From positions 3,740 through 67,739 of the forward strand of contig CAZSTB010000004.1 of assembly GCA_964609855.1 (NCBI GenBank): a DNA stretch of 64,000 bases, read 5' to 3'. The translations under genes were made by a program, and so were the position numbers. Numbering within the stretch: the stretch's first letter is position 1; each line of letters opens with the position of its first letter. Under the pieces are notes generated by a model, which had not been told where the DNA came from, did no database searches, and worked only from the letters and a program-made list of their open reading frames with translations. This DNA is from an uncultured Bdellovibrionales bacterium (lineage in GTDB: Bacteria > Patescibacteriota > Minisyncoccia > Moranbacterales > GWC2-37-73). Positions 1 through 9,613 of the stretch are shown here, in pieces.

Positions 1-424
1 CCCGGAAGTAATCTGATATAATTTACCCTCATTCTACCAGATATATGTGCTAAAACCTCATGACCATTATCAAGTTTAACTTTAAAGGTCGTACTTGGAA
101 GTGTTTCAATGATGGTTCCTTCGAGCTTTATGAGCTCTTTTTCCTGTTTTGGTGCCATATTTTACTTTTACTTTTACAACATAAAAATAGAGGGGGTTAC
201 ATTGTGGACACTATCCTAATTCATGCGATAAAATAGTAAAAACCTCTACCCAGGGTAAGCTATTAAGTTTTTTTAAAACGTATAACTATCTTAACAAACT
301 ATCGTTTTATTGTCAACCCTGCCAAAAGACTCCCTCTGCAGAGAGAAGAGATTCTGTAAAAGCTTTCTTTTTTAGCCTTTTCGTTTTTAGCCACAAATAG
401 CCCGCGCTTTTATGAAATCTTGGC

Positions 425-2251
425 TTATTCCGACAATTCCTGAATTTCCACAGTTACGCGCTGAGGATACTGTGGAACACGAGTGACAAAAGAGGAATTA
501 AATTCAATATTTGCGTTTTTAATTGGGTATTTCTTCAATATAACACTCAATTCTTCATCTTTTTTCCCAAGAAGGTCCTTTTTGATCTGTTCGCTGTTCA
601 GCTTGGAAATTAACCTAATTTCAGCATAGGTTTTAAGTTCCAACGTCGCATTTTGAAAATCAGGACCAACTGTACCATATTCAATCTTAGAGATCTCCTC
701 TTTATATTCAGCAGTCTGCTTGTCATCTCTCAAATTTTGTTGCACAACCTTTTTCACATCCTTCTCTGCAAATACAAGGGCTTGCAATGTTCCACTAATT
801 GTTACATTGAAACTTCCAGCCATTGAACCTACTTTCGCAGCTACAATAGGTTTTGCGGTTATGATGTTCTGAGCCTGGGGCAGGGCGATTTCACCATCTT
901 GTAATTTATTTTTAAGAACTTCAACAGCCTCTTCCTTAAATGCAGCTGCTGCCATACTTTTTGCACTATCTATATCATCTTGAGTGACTGTTCCGCTTGC
1001 CTCCTCGCTTCCATCCGTTCCACCACTTGCTGAGGCAACTGATTTTGCGTAAAATTTATCAAATTTGGGCCCATCAGCAAATCCTGGGATTTTAAAGGTT
1101 GCAGATTCAATGTTATATTGCGAACCGGGAGCGTCAGCCACAATTTCAGCCTCTATCACTCCAGGCCTCGTTTCGCCTCCCACGGCTGTTGTTCCAGGAA
1201 TTACAATATTTTTCACTAAACGAAAAATTTTACCATCAGTGTTTTCCAACCTAGTTGTAGCAATTAAGGTTTGAGCAGAAGAACTGTACTCATTATAGAT
1301 GGCAACTTTCATTTGAGCTTTTTTGCCATTTATAATTTTTTTACCCGTCATGTTATAAGGCAAGACTAAATCTATATTTTCATTTATCATTTGCACGGGA
1401 ATATCCTGTCCGTCTACATCTTTAATATTTTTTCCATGCAAATCTAAATCGACCTTCTTTTTAACTACTTCAGGTTCAATAGAAATTTTTGCACTTGGCA
1501 CAACCAAATATGCTGCGATACCCACGATAAAAATACAGCAGACAACAATAAACGCCAAGAAGAAATTTTTAGTATTACCTGTTGAATGCAAAGTTTCGAT
1601 TTGATTTGATTCCTCGTGAGAAAAAAGTTTTTCTAAACTCTTAACTTTTCCAGGATCTAATTGCTTCTTATATAATGAACTGCTCGAAACCTGAGGCTTT
1701 TGCGGCAAGTGCGCTTGAACGGATTTACTTGCTAAAACATTTTGCTTGAGATTTATTTGAGCATTTCTTTGCTGCTGTCGAGGGGTTGTCGTGGGAGTTT
1801 TAAGTAAAGCTTTAGACTTCTTCTTAGATGCATTGGTATTCTGAACCGAGTTATGCGCATAAAATTCAGCAGAGCCAACACCGCTCAACCTTGCCTGCTT
1901 ATCTTTTTCGGAGTCAAGATTTAAATTAAACTGCAAATCATTTTCTTCTACATCACTTTCATCAAAATCCTCAACAGTCTCATTAATTTCCTCAAAATCT
2001 TCTACAGCACTACGAACCTCTATTCCGGATCTACTCGCCATGGATGATCCTAACTCATCTTGCGTAACAATAACGATGTGCTTGTTTAATTTTTCTGATT
2101 CGCGCTTTAAAATTTTTAAATTCACGATGCTTTGCAAGAAAAGCGCGCGCTTAGGCACTACAAAATAATTCTCCTTAGACATTGATTTATTCAAGCGGTC
2201 AACCACAGAAGAAATTTCTTCGTCAATGTCAATGTAAAATGTTTGGTGCAT
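425..2251 (-). CDS. Hypothetical bitopic membrane protein (acidic N-terminal cytoplasmic domain, single TM near residue 230, large extracytoplasmic C-terminal domain); sits immediately downstream of ftsA
   Basis: 608-aa ORF; hydrophobic segment FFLAFIVVCCIFIVGIAAYLVV; no recognisable catalytic motif; position after ftsA where ftsZ is normally found, but no tubulin GGGTGTG motif. Confidence 0.45.
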   Translation of the reverse strand: MHQTFYIDIDEEISSVVDRLNKSMSKENYFVVPKRALFLQSIVNLKILKRESEKLNKHIVIVTQDELGSSMASRSGIEVRSAVEDFEEINETVEDFDESDVEENDLQFNLNLDSEKDKQARLSGVGSAEFYAHNSVQNTNASKKKSKALLKTPTTTPRQQQRNAQINLKQNVLASKSVQAHLPQKPQVSSSSLYKKQLDPGKVKSLEKLFSHEESNQIETLHSTGNTKNFFLAFIVVCCIFIVGIAAYLVVPSAKISIEPEVVKKKVDLDLHGKNIKDVDGQDIPVQMINENIDLVLPYNMTGKKIINGKKAQMKVAIYNEYSSSAQTLIATTRLENTDGKIFRLVKNIVIPGTTAVGGETRPGVIEAEIVADAPGSQYNIESATFKIPGFADGPKFDKFYAKSVASASGGTDGSEEASGTVTQDDIDSAKSMAAAAFKEEAVEVLKNKLQDGEIALPQAQNIITAKPIVAAKVGSMAGSFNVTISGTLQALVFAEKDVKKVVQQNLRDDKQTAEYKEEISKIEYGTVGPDFQNATLELKTYAEIRLISKLNSEQIKKDLLGKKDEELSVILKKYPIKNANIEFNSSFVTRVPQYPQRVTVEIQELSE

Positions 2252-2331
2252 ATTATCAGGTTTTAGCTTTTAGCTTTTAGCTTTCAGGATTCCTAAAAAG
2301 CTGAGGAGCTAATGCCTAATTAAGCTGTTTA

Positions 2332-3591
2332 TTAATCTTGTATTGTTTGCAAAACTCGCCGCAATATTCCTGCCATAATTTTCTCTTCGCCAGTTACATC
2401 TAGAATCAAATTTGCCAATCCCATCGGGGTTACATCTTGGGGATTATCCAATTCTCCTGTTTGATCAATAATTCTTACAACATCACGGGGTTGAAGGTAA
2501 CTCACATTTGGTGTTTTTGCAAATGGAAGTCCTTTTGACCATTCTTTATCCGTCAAAGCTTTCTTAATTCCAGGTAGCCCGCTGCCACCGCCGCAAAGTA
2601 AAATGCGAGAAGGCAAAACGTCACTCCCGGCAAATTCAGAAAGTGAAAGCTCAACTCCACTCAGCCATACATCAGCATCTGTCTGCAAAATTTGTTCAAT
2701 CTTTGAGCTAACATCTGCCCCAAGTTTCCCTTCAGCATATTTCAATTTTAATTCTTCAGCCTCTTCCAATTCGATTCTTAATTCCTGAGCTAATTTTTTC
2801 GTAAAAGCACGTCCACCAAAAGCAAACATCTTAGTCCCCTCTAGCCCACCATTACGCACAACAGCTATATCAGTAGTCCCACCTCCAATATCTATAAATA
2901 TTGCACTAAAGTCCAAGGCATCATCATAGTCAATACTCCTCGCAACAGCATACGGTTCAGCCGCAATACTTAAAAGATCGATTCCAAGTTCGTCAGCAAT
3001 AGCTTGCAGCGCTCCCAAATGTATCATCGGCGCATAGGCGTTAAAGATGCTAACTGAAACATCCTTACCTTGAAAACCGATCGGGTTTGTTACTTGATAT
3101 CCATCAATTCTAACATCGACAATGGCAGCATTAATAAGTTTAACTTCGATATCCTGACCTGTTTCCCAAGAAATCTGCTCTTGAATTCTTTCAAAGGCTT
3201 TTAATTGCACTTTCTGAATTATCCCCTTTAGCTCAGGAAAATCAATTCTGGAATCAGGATTGCTTCTCTCATAATGCACCGTCGTTGTTGTTCCTTTTAC
3301 AAGTTCACCGGCAATGCCCACAATGGCTTTTTTCACCTTTTTAATTCCAGCGTTTTCCAAGGCTTTTCCAATGGAAATTTGACAGGTCTCAATAACACCA
3401 GCGATATCTGACACGGCTCCACTTTGCATATTACCTCTTTTTTGTCTTTCCTTTCCGGTACCTACAACAATTCCTACTTTCTGCTGTGGATCAATATAAA
3501 AAACTATAGCTTTCGCAACTTCGGTTCCGATATCCAAAGCTAAATAATATTCAGTCTTAGAGTTGGAAAAAATTTTAGAAAAAATAGACAT
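2332..3591 (-). CDS. ftsA: Cell-division actin-like ATPase FtsA (PilM not fully excluded)
   Basis: 419 aa; ASKHA-fold motifs LALDIGTEVAKA, IFIDIGGGTTDIAVV, FGGRAFTKKLA, LLCGGGSGLPG typical of FtsA. Confidence 0.7.
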   Translation of the reverse strand: MSIFSKIFSNSKTEYYLALDIGTEVAKAIVFYIDPQQKVGIVVGTGKERQKRGNMQSGAVSDIAGVIETCQISIGKALENAGIKKVKKAIVGIAGELVKGTTTTVHYERSNPDSRIDFPELKGIIQKVQLKAFERIQEQISWETGQDIEVKLINAAIVDVRIDGYQVTNPIGFQGKDVSVSIFNAYAPMIHLGALQAIADELGIDLLSIAAEPYAVARSIDYDDALDFSAIFIDIGGGTTDIAVVRNGGLEGTKMFAFGGRAFTKKLAQELRIELEEAEELKLKYAEGKLGADVSSKIEQILQTDADVWLSGVELSLSEFAGSDVLPSRILLCGGGSGLPGIKKALTDKEWSKGLPFAKTPNVSYLQPRDVVRIIDQTGELDNPQDVTPMGLANLILDVTGEEKIMAGILRRVLQTIQD

Positions 3592-3723
3592 ACCTTAACA
3601 GTTTTGAAATTTGAAATTTGAAATTTTTAAAAAAGATTCGAATGCAAAATTTAAAATATATGCATTAAAAATTCATTTTAAATTAAAAATTTTAAATTAA
3701 AAATTAATAACGACATTTATGCA

Positions 3724-4773
3724 TTAATTTAACAATTTCACCTTGACCAAATTAATCTGAATATTTATTTCCTCCTTAGTCAAAAGTCCCTTTTGTCCAC
3801 CAAATTCTTTCACACTTGCGCTACTATTAACAGTGCCCCATCTTAATGCCGTCTCCATGGGTAAGCTATTCAGATGTGCAGCAAAAAAACCACTTGTAAA
3901 TGCATCTCCTGCACCAGTCGTATCAACCGCTTTTTGCATCAAAGCTTGAGCGTGAAAAATTTCTCTTCCGTCATATCCCCAAGCCCCTCTTTCCCCGTCA
4001 GTAAGTACGACAGTTTTTGCACCCAATCTGAACAGAATTTTCATTAGATATTCTTCATTTTCCAATAATTCCCTTACTACTATTTCACCTACAGCACTAA
4101 CCAATTCAATTGCTTCATCTTTATTCAAAAAAAGAATTTCGCAAGCGCCCATTGCTTCGATAATTTTATCAGCGCCGTCGTGAATGGTTTTTTGATTCGG
4201 ATTGAACGCTAAGCGGATACGCTTTTCTTGGGCTATTGTTACAATATCATGCAGAGCTTGCTTCCATTCGCCACTTAAATCTCCAATAAAAATCCAATGA
4301 GGATTTTCGATGCTTTTTTTATCGAAAATAAACTCCTTAGACGCTACATGATTGGAGAAAATTATTCGTTCACCATTTCGCGAGTCTACCAAGATGGCAG
4401 ACATATCACTTTGAAAACCTTTTTTAATCGCTAAATGCTTTATACCAACCCCTATTTTCTCAAGCTCTTTTAATATCCACTTTCCGGTCTGATCGTCGCC
4501 GATTGCGCCATAACAAGCAACCCTCTCCTCCAATTTAGAAAGTCCAGCTGCCACATTAACACTGCAACCACCTAAAGCTTCGAAGCGGTCTTCTATGTGA
4601 TATTTGGCACCCATTTCAAATGCAACTTTCTTCTGAGCCAAAATATCTTCAGGTGTTTCCATCAATAAACCCTCGCTGGTGGGGAAAAAAACATCCTGAG
4701 TTGCCGCGCCGATTGTTAAAATTTTATACATAGATGACTGGAGTTCGAGTATCGCTATTTCAATAGCTCGCAC
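3724..4773 (-). CDS. PfkB-family carbohydrate kinase (ribokinase-like)
   Basis: C-terminal DTTGAGDAFTSGF anion-hole motif and N-terminal GG dipeptide region typical of the PfkB family. Confidence 0.75.
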   Translation of the reverse strand: MRAIEIAILELQSSMYKILTIGAATQDVFFPTSEGLLMETPEDILAQKKVAFEMGAKYHIEDRFEALGGCSVNVAAGLSKLEERVACYGAIGDDQTGKWILKELEKIGVGIKHLAIKKGFQSDMSAILVDSRNGERIIFSNHVASKEFIFDKKSIENPHWIFIGDLSGEWKQALHDIVTIAQEKRIRLAFNPNQKTIHDGADKIIEAMGACEILFLNKDEAIELVSAVGEIVVRELLENEEYLMKILFRLGAKTVVLTDGERGAWGYDGREIFHAQALMQKAVDTTGAGDAFTSGFFAAHLNSLPMETALRWGTVNSSASVKEFGGQKGLLTKEEINIQINLVKVKLLN

Positions 4774-4818
4774 TTCTTTTTATTTTTCTTTTATTTTTGT
4801 TTTCCAATTACAGGATCT

Positions 4819-6120
4819 TTATACCTGTTTCAATTCCTGCTCAATTTTCATAAGTCGATTATATTTGCAAAGTCTTTCTCCGCGAGAAAGTGATCCTGAT
4901 TTAATAAACTCTGCAGCAGTTCCAGCAGCCAGATCAGCAATAAATTCGTCGGTAGTTTCACCGCTCCTATGTGAGATCATAATTTTTAATTGGTGCTTTT
5001 TTGCCAACCGAATACAATCAAGTGTTTCACTCAAGCTCCCGATTTGATTGACCTTGATTAGCACAGCATTGCATGCTTTTTCCTTAATCGCTCTTTCAAC
5101 TCGCTTTACATTTGTCACCAAAAGATCATCCCCAACCAACAAATTTTCATTTAAGACTTCTTTAGGAATTCCTGCTAAAATTTGCTTACCTGCAATTTTC
5201 TCTGTTAAAGAGACCCATCCTTGCCAATCCTCCTCAGTCAATCCATCTTCAATTGAAACTAAATGATATTTATCAATCCATTCTCGATACATATTAATCA
5301 ACCTTTCTTTTTCCAAATGAACTCCTTCAGGCTTCAGCACATACTGACCCTCTTCTTCATCAAAGAAATTTGTTGCAGCTGCATCCAGACCTAAATTTAC
5401 TTGGGTTCCAAGTTCATAACCGCACACCTCAATTGCTTGATTAATAAGCTCCAATGCTTGCGTATTACTCTCTAATTTCGGTGAGAAACCGCCTTCATCG
5501 CCAACACCACTGCTCTGATTCATTGTTTCAAGAATTTTCTTAAGTGCATGAAAAATTTCACTACCCGCACGAAGCTGCTCAGAAAAACCCTTAATTCCCG
5601 TTGGGATAACTTTAAATTCTTGAATACTTAGACCGCTGTCGCTGTGCATTCCGCCATTTAAAACATTAAACATCGGCACCGGGAGACTAGGAGCAACATT
5701 CAGGCCAGAAATCTCATTAATGTATTTGTATAGAGGAGTTTTTTTGGCCATAGCGGCTGCACGACATACTGCCAGTGAAACGCCAAGAATTGCGTTGGCT
5801 CCTAATTTCGATTTATTTTCCGTTCCGTCCAGTTCCAGCATTATTTCATCAATCATCAATTGCTGACTGGCATCCTTACCGAGTAAAGCGCCTTTGATCA
5901 AGGTATTCACATTTTCAACAGCTTTCAAAACACCCAATCCGCCATAGCGAGATTTATCTCCGTCTCTAAGCTCCAAAGCTTCGAACGTTCCAGTTGAAGC
6001 TCCAGAAGGAACAGCAGCCACCGCGCAAACACCGCCACTTAAAGTAATTTCAACTTCCACAGTTGGATTACCCCTTGAATCCAATATTTCTCTTGCATGA
6101 ATATTTTCTATTTTTAACAT
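4819..6120 (-). CDS. eno: Enolase (phosphopyruvate hydratase)
   Basis: N-terminus MLKIENIHAREILDSRGNPTVEVE; SIEDGL, SHRSGETTD, KxNQIGSLSE motifs. Confidence 0.95.
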   Translation of the reverse strand: MLKIENIHAREILDSRGNPTVEVEITLSGGVCAVAAVPSGASTGTFEALELRDGDKSRYGGLGVLKAVENVNTLIKGALLGKDASQQLMIDEIMLELDGTENKSKLGANAILGVSLAVCRAAAMAKKTPLYKYINEISGLNVAPSLPVPMFNVLNGGMHSDSGLSIQEFKVIPTGIKGFSEQLRAGSEIFHALKKILETMNQSSGVGDEGGFSPKLESNTQALELINQAIEVCGYELGTQVNLGLDAAATNFFDEEEGQYVLKPEGVHLEKERLINMYREWIDKYHLVSIEDGLTEEDWQGWVSLTEKIAGKQILAGIPKEVLNENLLVGDDLLVTNVKRVERAIKEKACNAVLIKVNQIGSLSETLDCIRLAKKHQLKIMISHRSGETTDEFIADLAAGTAAEFIKSGSLSRGERLCKYNRLMKIEQELKQV

Positions 6121-6214
6121 ATTTTTTTAAGAAATTTCTAACGGCACTCGCGCCACCAGTATTTCATTTATTTTAATTTCGCTTATTTAAATTAATACTT
6201 TATAACCATAGATC

Positions 6215-6823
6215 CTAATGAATCCGAATCCAGACAAACATCTGCTGAACTGGGTTTAGAATAATCATGACCGCCAAAAGCAACATATAGTAGACCGTCA
6301 AATATTTTAGTGTAATTAAATATTGCTGATGCGATGCTAATGTTTGTTGACAACTGTCGGCCAGGACCTTTGCGGATGCAATCAAAAATCTTAAATGTAT
6401 GACAGCAATTACAACAATTGAGAGGGAGAGGAGATAAAAAGCAGAATCGATCTGAGAACCGTAAAGAAAATAGTTTCCAAAGAAAAAAAGTGGCAAAATC
6501 CAGAACGTCTCTTTATCCCAAAAATCATTTTCTTTTTTGAAATTTTTAAAACTTGAAAAATAAAGGTACGGGATACAAAAATAATTTATGCATATACCTA
6601 TCGAAAATACAGACGCTGTAACCCAGCTATACTTTCCAAAATATGTACCCGGAGCAAACACATTCATGTTATTCAGGAGAATAAGTATCATGCCGATCAA
6701 CAGCAATGTTCTGGAAAAGAATAGTCCAACAAGTGAACGCATATCAACTTCCCTTAAATCATGCAGTGAAACGGAGCTGTTATATATTTCGATATTACCT
6801 CTCTTGAATTGAGGATTTTCCAT
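6215..6823 (-). CDS. Hypothetical polytopic membrane protein
   Basis: 202 aa, 4 to 5 hydrophobic helices, no motif recognised. Confidence 0.4.
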   Translation of the reverse strand: MENPQFKRGNIEIYNSSVSLHDLREVDMRSLVGLFFSRTLLLIGMILILLNNMNVFAPGTYFGKYSWVTASVFSIGICINYFCIPYLYFSSFKNFKKENDFWDKETFWILPLFFFGNYFLYGSQIDSAFYLLSLSIVVIAVIHLRFLIASAKVLADSCQQTLASHQQYLITLKYLTVYYMLLLAVMIILNPVQQMFVWIRIH

Positions 6824-6897
6824 AGTTATTTTCGAAAACTATATTTATTTATTTCCTCAATTATAACATATTTTTCGCCGAAGAAGAAATTTAAAAT

Positions 6898-7941
6898 TTA
6901 TATCCGCAGCGCCGCTATTCCCGGCATGGAATTACCGCTTAAATATTCCAGCATTGCTCCTCCCCCAGTTGAAACAAACGATATACTACTCATTAAATTA
7001 CGTTCCTCGAGTACTTGAACAGATTCTCCCCCGCCGATCAAGGTGTAATTATCACTCTCAGCAATAATATCTAAAATTTGTCTCGTTCCCTGATCATAAG
7101 GAGCTTCTTCAAATTTTCCCATTGGACCGTTCCAAACGATAACTTTTGAGGTTGAGATAATTTCCTTAAATTTCTCAATTGTTTTAGGACCTATATCTAA
7201 GCGATTTTCAGCAAAATCAACTGGCAGAATTACTTTTGAAGAAAATTGGATGTTCTGATCCAGTGCTTCATTGGCAACTTTTCCACCAACCAAAATATGC
7301 GTGTAGGTTTCCTCGAACTTCTTTATCAGTGGCAATTTTGTTTCAATTTTTGCGCCACCAATAATTGCTGTGGCAGGAAGTTGAGGCTCATGCAGGACCT
7401 TGTTTAAATTCTTAATTTCCTCTTGCAGCCAAACACCTGCAAAGCTTGGAATAAATTTGGTCACGCCGGTAACAGAGGCTTGATCGCGATGACAAACACT
7501 GAATGCATCATTTATAAAAGCATCGAAATTTTCTGCGAGACTTTTAGCAAAATCTGCTTCATTTTTTTCCTCTCCTTCATGAAAACGAACATTTTCCAAA
7601 AGCAAAACTTGACCTTCTTTTAAATTATCCAGTGCTTCTTTCACGACATTCCCAATACAATCTGCGACAAAAATTACTTCGCGCTTCAAGATTTTTTCCA
7701 GTTCCTCTTTAATCTGCTGCAATGAGAATTCCGGGTTAATTTTTCCATCCGGCCTGCCTAGATGCGAAGCGAGCGCAATCTTGGTTCCTTTTTGCGCAGC
7801 TAAAAAATCAACCGATCCTTTGCAGGCTTCCAACTTGAAACGCTCTTGAACTTTGCCGTTCAGAATTGCAACATTAAAATCAGCCCTTACCAAAACTTTC
7901 CTGCCCTCTAAATTTACGTCTTGAATTTTGCTTATATGCAT
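6898..7941 (-). CDS. pgk: Phosphoglycerate kinase
   Basis: KVLVRADFNV, ASHLGRP, GGGA motifs; start placed at internal Met (MHISKIQDVN; CAT at 7939-7941) rather than the upstream in-frame extension to 7968. Confidence 0.9.
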   Translation of the reverse strand: MHISKIQDVNLEGRKVLVRADFNVAILNGKVQERFKLEACKGSVDFLAAQKGTKIALASHLGRPDGKINPEFSLQQIKEELEKILKREVIFVADCIGNVVKEALDNLKEGQVLLLENVRFHEGEEKNEADFAKSLAENFDAFINDAFSVCHRDQASVTGVTKFIPSFAGVWLQEEIKNLNKVLHEPQLPATAIIGGAKIETKLPLIKKFEETYTHILVGGKVANEALDQNIQFSSKVILPVDFAENRLDIGPKTIEKFKEIISTSKVIVWNGPMGKFEEAPYDQGTRQILDIIAESDNYTLIGGGESVQVLEERNLMSSISFVSTGGGAMLEYLSGNSMPGIAALRI

Positions 7942-8066
7942 ATATACTGGCGACCCACAGCAGACCACTGATAAAAAATTTCAGCGATTTTGCGTAAATC
8001 GAATTTACAAAGATAAATTATTCTAAGCTTATTATACACCAATTGCGACATTTTTTGAATATTAAA

Positions 8067-8096
8067 AAGAATTACGTAATTAATTACGTAATTCTT
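8067..8096. repeat. Perfect 30-bp palindrome AAGAATTACGTAATTAATTACGTAATTCTT (copy 1, 3' of the abrB-like gene)
   Basis: The sequence equals its own reverse complement and is identical to the copy at 8348-8377, including 6 bp of 5' flank. Confidence 0.9.
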
Positions 8097-8113
8097 GAAT
8101 CGCAAAAAAGCAG

Positions 8114-8290
8114 TTATTCTTTCCAATCAGAAATGATAATCTTCTTGCGCTCAACTTTCACTGCAACTTTTTGTTTTTCGCGCCAGCCAAGTTCGCGCAT
8201 AATTTCAATAGGCAAAGTCAGCCCTAAGGATTTTGCGCCTATCTTGGTAAGCTTGCGCACATTAGAATCCTCAACTTTTCTTCGTGCCAT
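8114..8290 (-). CDS. AbrB/MazE/SpoVT-family small DNA-binding protein (swapped-hairpin fold); alternative start at 8335
   Basis: MARRKVEDSNVRKLTKIGAKSLGLTLPIEIMRELGW matches the AbrB-type looped-hinge helix domain; flanked by two identical 30-bp palindromes. Confidence 0.6.
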   Translation of the reverse strand: MARRKVEDSNVRKLTKIGAKSLGLTLPIEIMRELGWREKQKVAVKVERKKIIISDWKE

Positions 8291-8347
8291 AATTTTTATT
8301 TTTATACTTAATGCTTCCAGTGTAACATAAATCAATACAAATTAAAA

Positions 8348-8377
8348 AAGAATTACGTAATTAATTACGTAATTCTT
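8348..8377. promoter_or_regulatory. Perfect 30-bp palindrome (copy 2) just upstream of the abrB-like gene; candidate operator
   Basis: Identical to 8067-8096; lies 13 to 58 bp upstream of the two candidate start codons of a putative dimeric DNA-binding protein. Confidence 0.5.
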
Positions 8378-8423
8378 TATTGGAAATTGAAAATTGTAAA
8401 TTGAAAATTTTCGTAATAGCGCC

Positions 8424-9524
8424 CTATTTTCCCATCCCGAAGATTGCAACAACTACACCTACAAGTGCAGTGATCATTGTAAAAATCCAGGCACGCATCG
8501 TGACTTTAGTTTCCGGCCAGCCCATCGCTTCAAAATGATGATGCAGCGGTGCTGCTAAAAAAATTTTCCGGTGAAATAATTTCTTACTTGTAAGCTGAAT
8601 GACAACACTTCCTGATTCCAGCACATAGAAAAGGGTTATGACAAATAAAATCAGGGCGGAATTCGTTAGCATAGCAACTACCCCTAAGGTTGCCCCCATA
8701 GAAACTGCACCTGTATCTCCCATAAAAAAGCGCGCGGGATAAACATTGAACCATAGAAATGCCAAGATAGCACCTGCGGCTGCAGCACAAAACGCCGCCA
8801 AATCTATTTTATTCTGTAAAAATGCGATGATTGCGAAAGAGAAAAATGACATCAAGAGCACGCCTCCATTTAAACCATCTAATCCGTCGGTTTCATTTGA
8901 AGAGACAGCGGCGTAAAGTATCACAAAAATAAAAAGCGGAATATACCAAAGTCCAATAGAAAAATCTCCGATAGCTGGAATATGCAAGCGATCCCAGCCA
9001 AGCTTGTAATAAAACCAAAGTGCTCCCGTTGTCGCAATTACGATAAGCCATCCGAAACGCATCGCAAATCTCATGCCACCGCCCTTATTCGAACCCCAGC
9101 CCCGTACGCTCATTACATCATCGAAAAGCCCTAGAATTCCAGCGGAAACCAACGCAAACAGCGGAAGCCAAACTTGTGAACGACTCAGAAAATCCAAACG
9201 CGCAAGAAATCCCATATCAAAAACACTTGCAAGAAATGGAAGCAGAAAATGTGAAGCTATTGCAAGAATTAAAATAGAAAACCAAATAATTGCGCCACCC
9301 ATAGTCGGAGTACCTGCCTTGCAAGCGTGGAGCTTGCTCACGAAATTTAATTTTCCACCACTCACATCAGTCTTTTTTATTTTGATGCCAATTTTATATT
9401 TATACAAAATATGACTCCAAAGTGGCGTTATCAAAAAAGCTAAAGCAAAAGCAGACAGACCGGTCAGTAAAACTTTAAGGACGTTTACGACTTCGGGAAT
9501 TGTTTGAATTTGAGCGAATTGCAT
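8424..9524 (-). CDS. mraY: Phospho-N-acetylmuramoyl-pentapeptide transferase
   Basis: Polytopic membrane protein with conserved MraY stretches (NETDGLDGL, FMGDTG, HHHFE). Confidence 0.9.
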   Translation of the reverse strand: MQFAQIQTIPEVVNVLKVLLTGLSAFALAFLITPLWSHILYKYKIGIKIKKTDVSGGKLNFVSKLHACKAGTPTMGGAIIWFSILILAIASHFLLPFLASVFDMGFLARLDFLSRSQVWLPLFALVSAGILGLFDDVMSVRGWGSNKGGGMRFAMRFGWLIVIATTGALWFYYKLGWDRLHIPAIGDFSIGLWYIPLFIFVILYAAVSSNETDGLDGLNGGVLLMSFFSFAIIAFLQNKIDLAAFCAAAAGAILAFLWFNVYPARFFMGDTGAVSMGATLGVVAMLTNSALILFVITLFYVLESGSVVIQLTSKKLFHRKIFLAAPLHHHFEAMGWPETKVTMRAWIFTMITALVGVVVAIFGMGK

Positions 9525-9613
9525 AAGGTAATATTGGTTTATTAATTTTAAATTTAAGTCCGCAATCCCGCAATCTTTCTTAATAGGGGGTGGCTGCTAT
9601 TCGGGTTTGAATA

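Noticed and set aside
425-2251. FtsZ identity for the gene following ftsA
   Set aside because: No GGGTGTG tubulin signature; it contains a transmembrane helix and a large extracytoplasmic domain.
2603-2788. Numerous 60-100-aa ORFs antisense to large genes (e.g. 2603..2788, 4865..5266, 13456..13990, 21437..21886)
   Set aside because: They are fully embedded antisense in well-supported genes with low-complexity Ser/Leu-rich translations. Typical shadow ORFs.
7932-8330. ORFs 7932..8126 (-) and 8043..8330 (+) overlapping the AbrB-like gene and its palindromes
   Set aside because: They are antisense to or overlap pgk and abrB, and are composed largely of the palindromic repeat sequence. Low-complexity translations.
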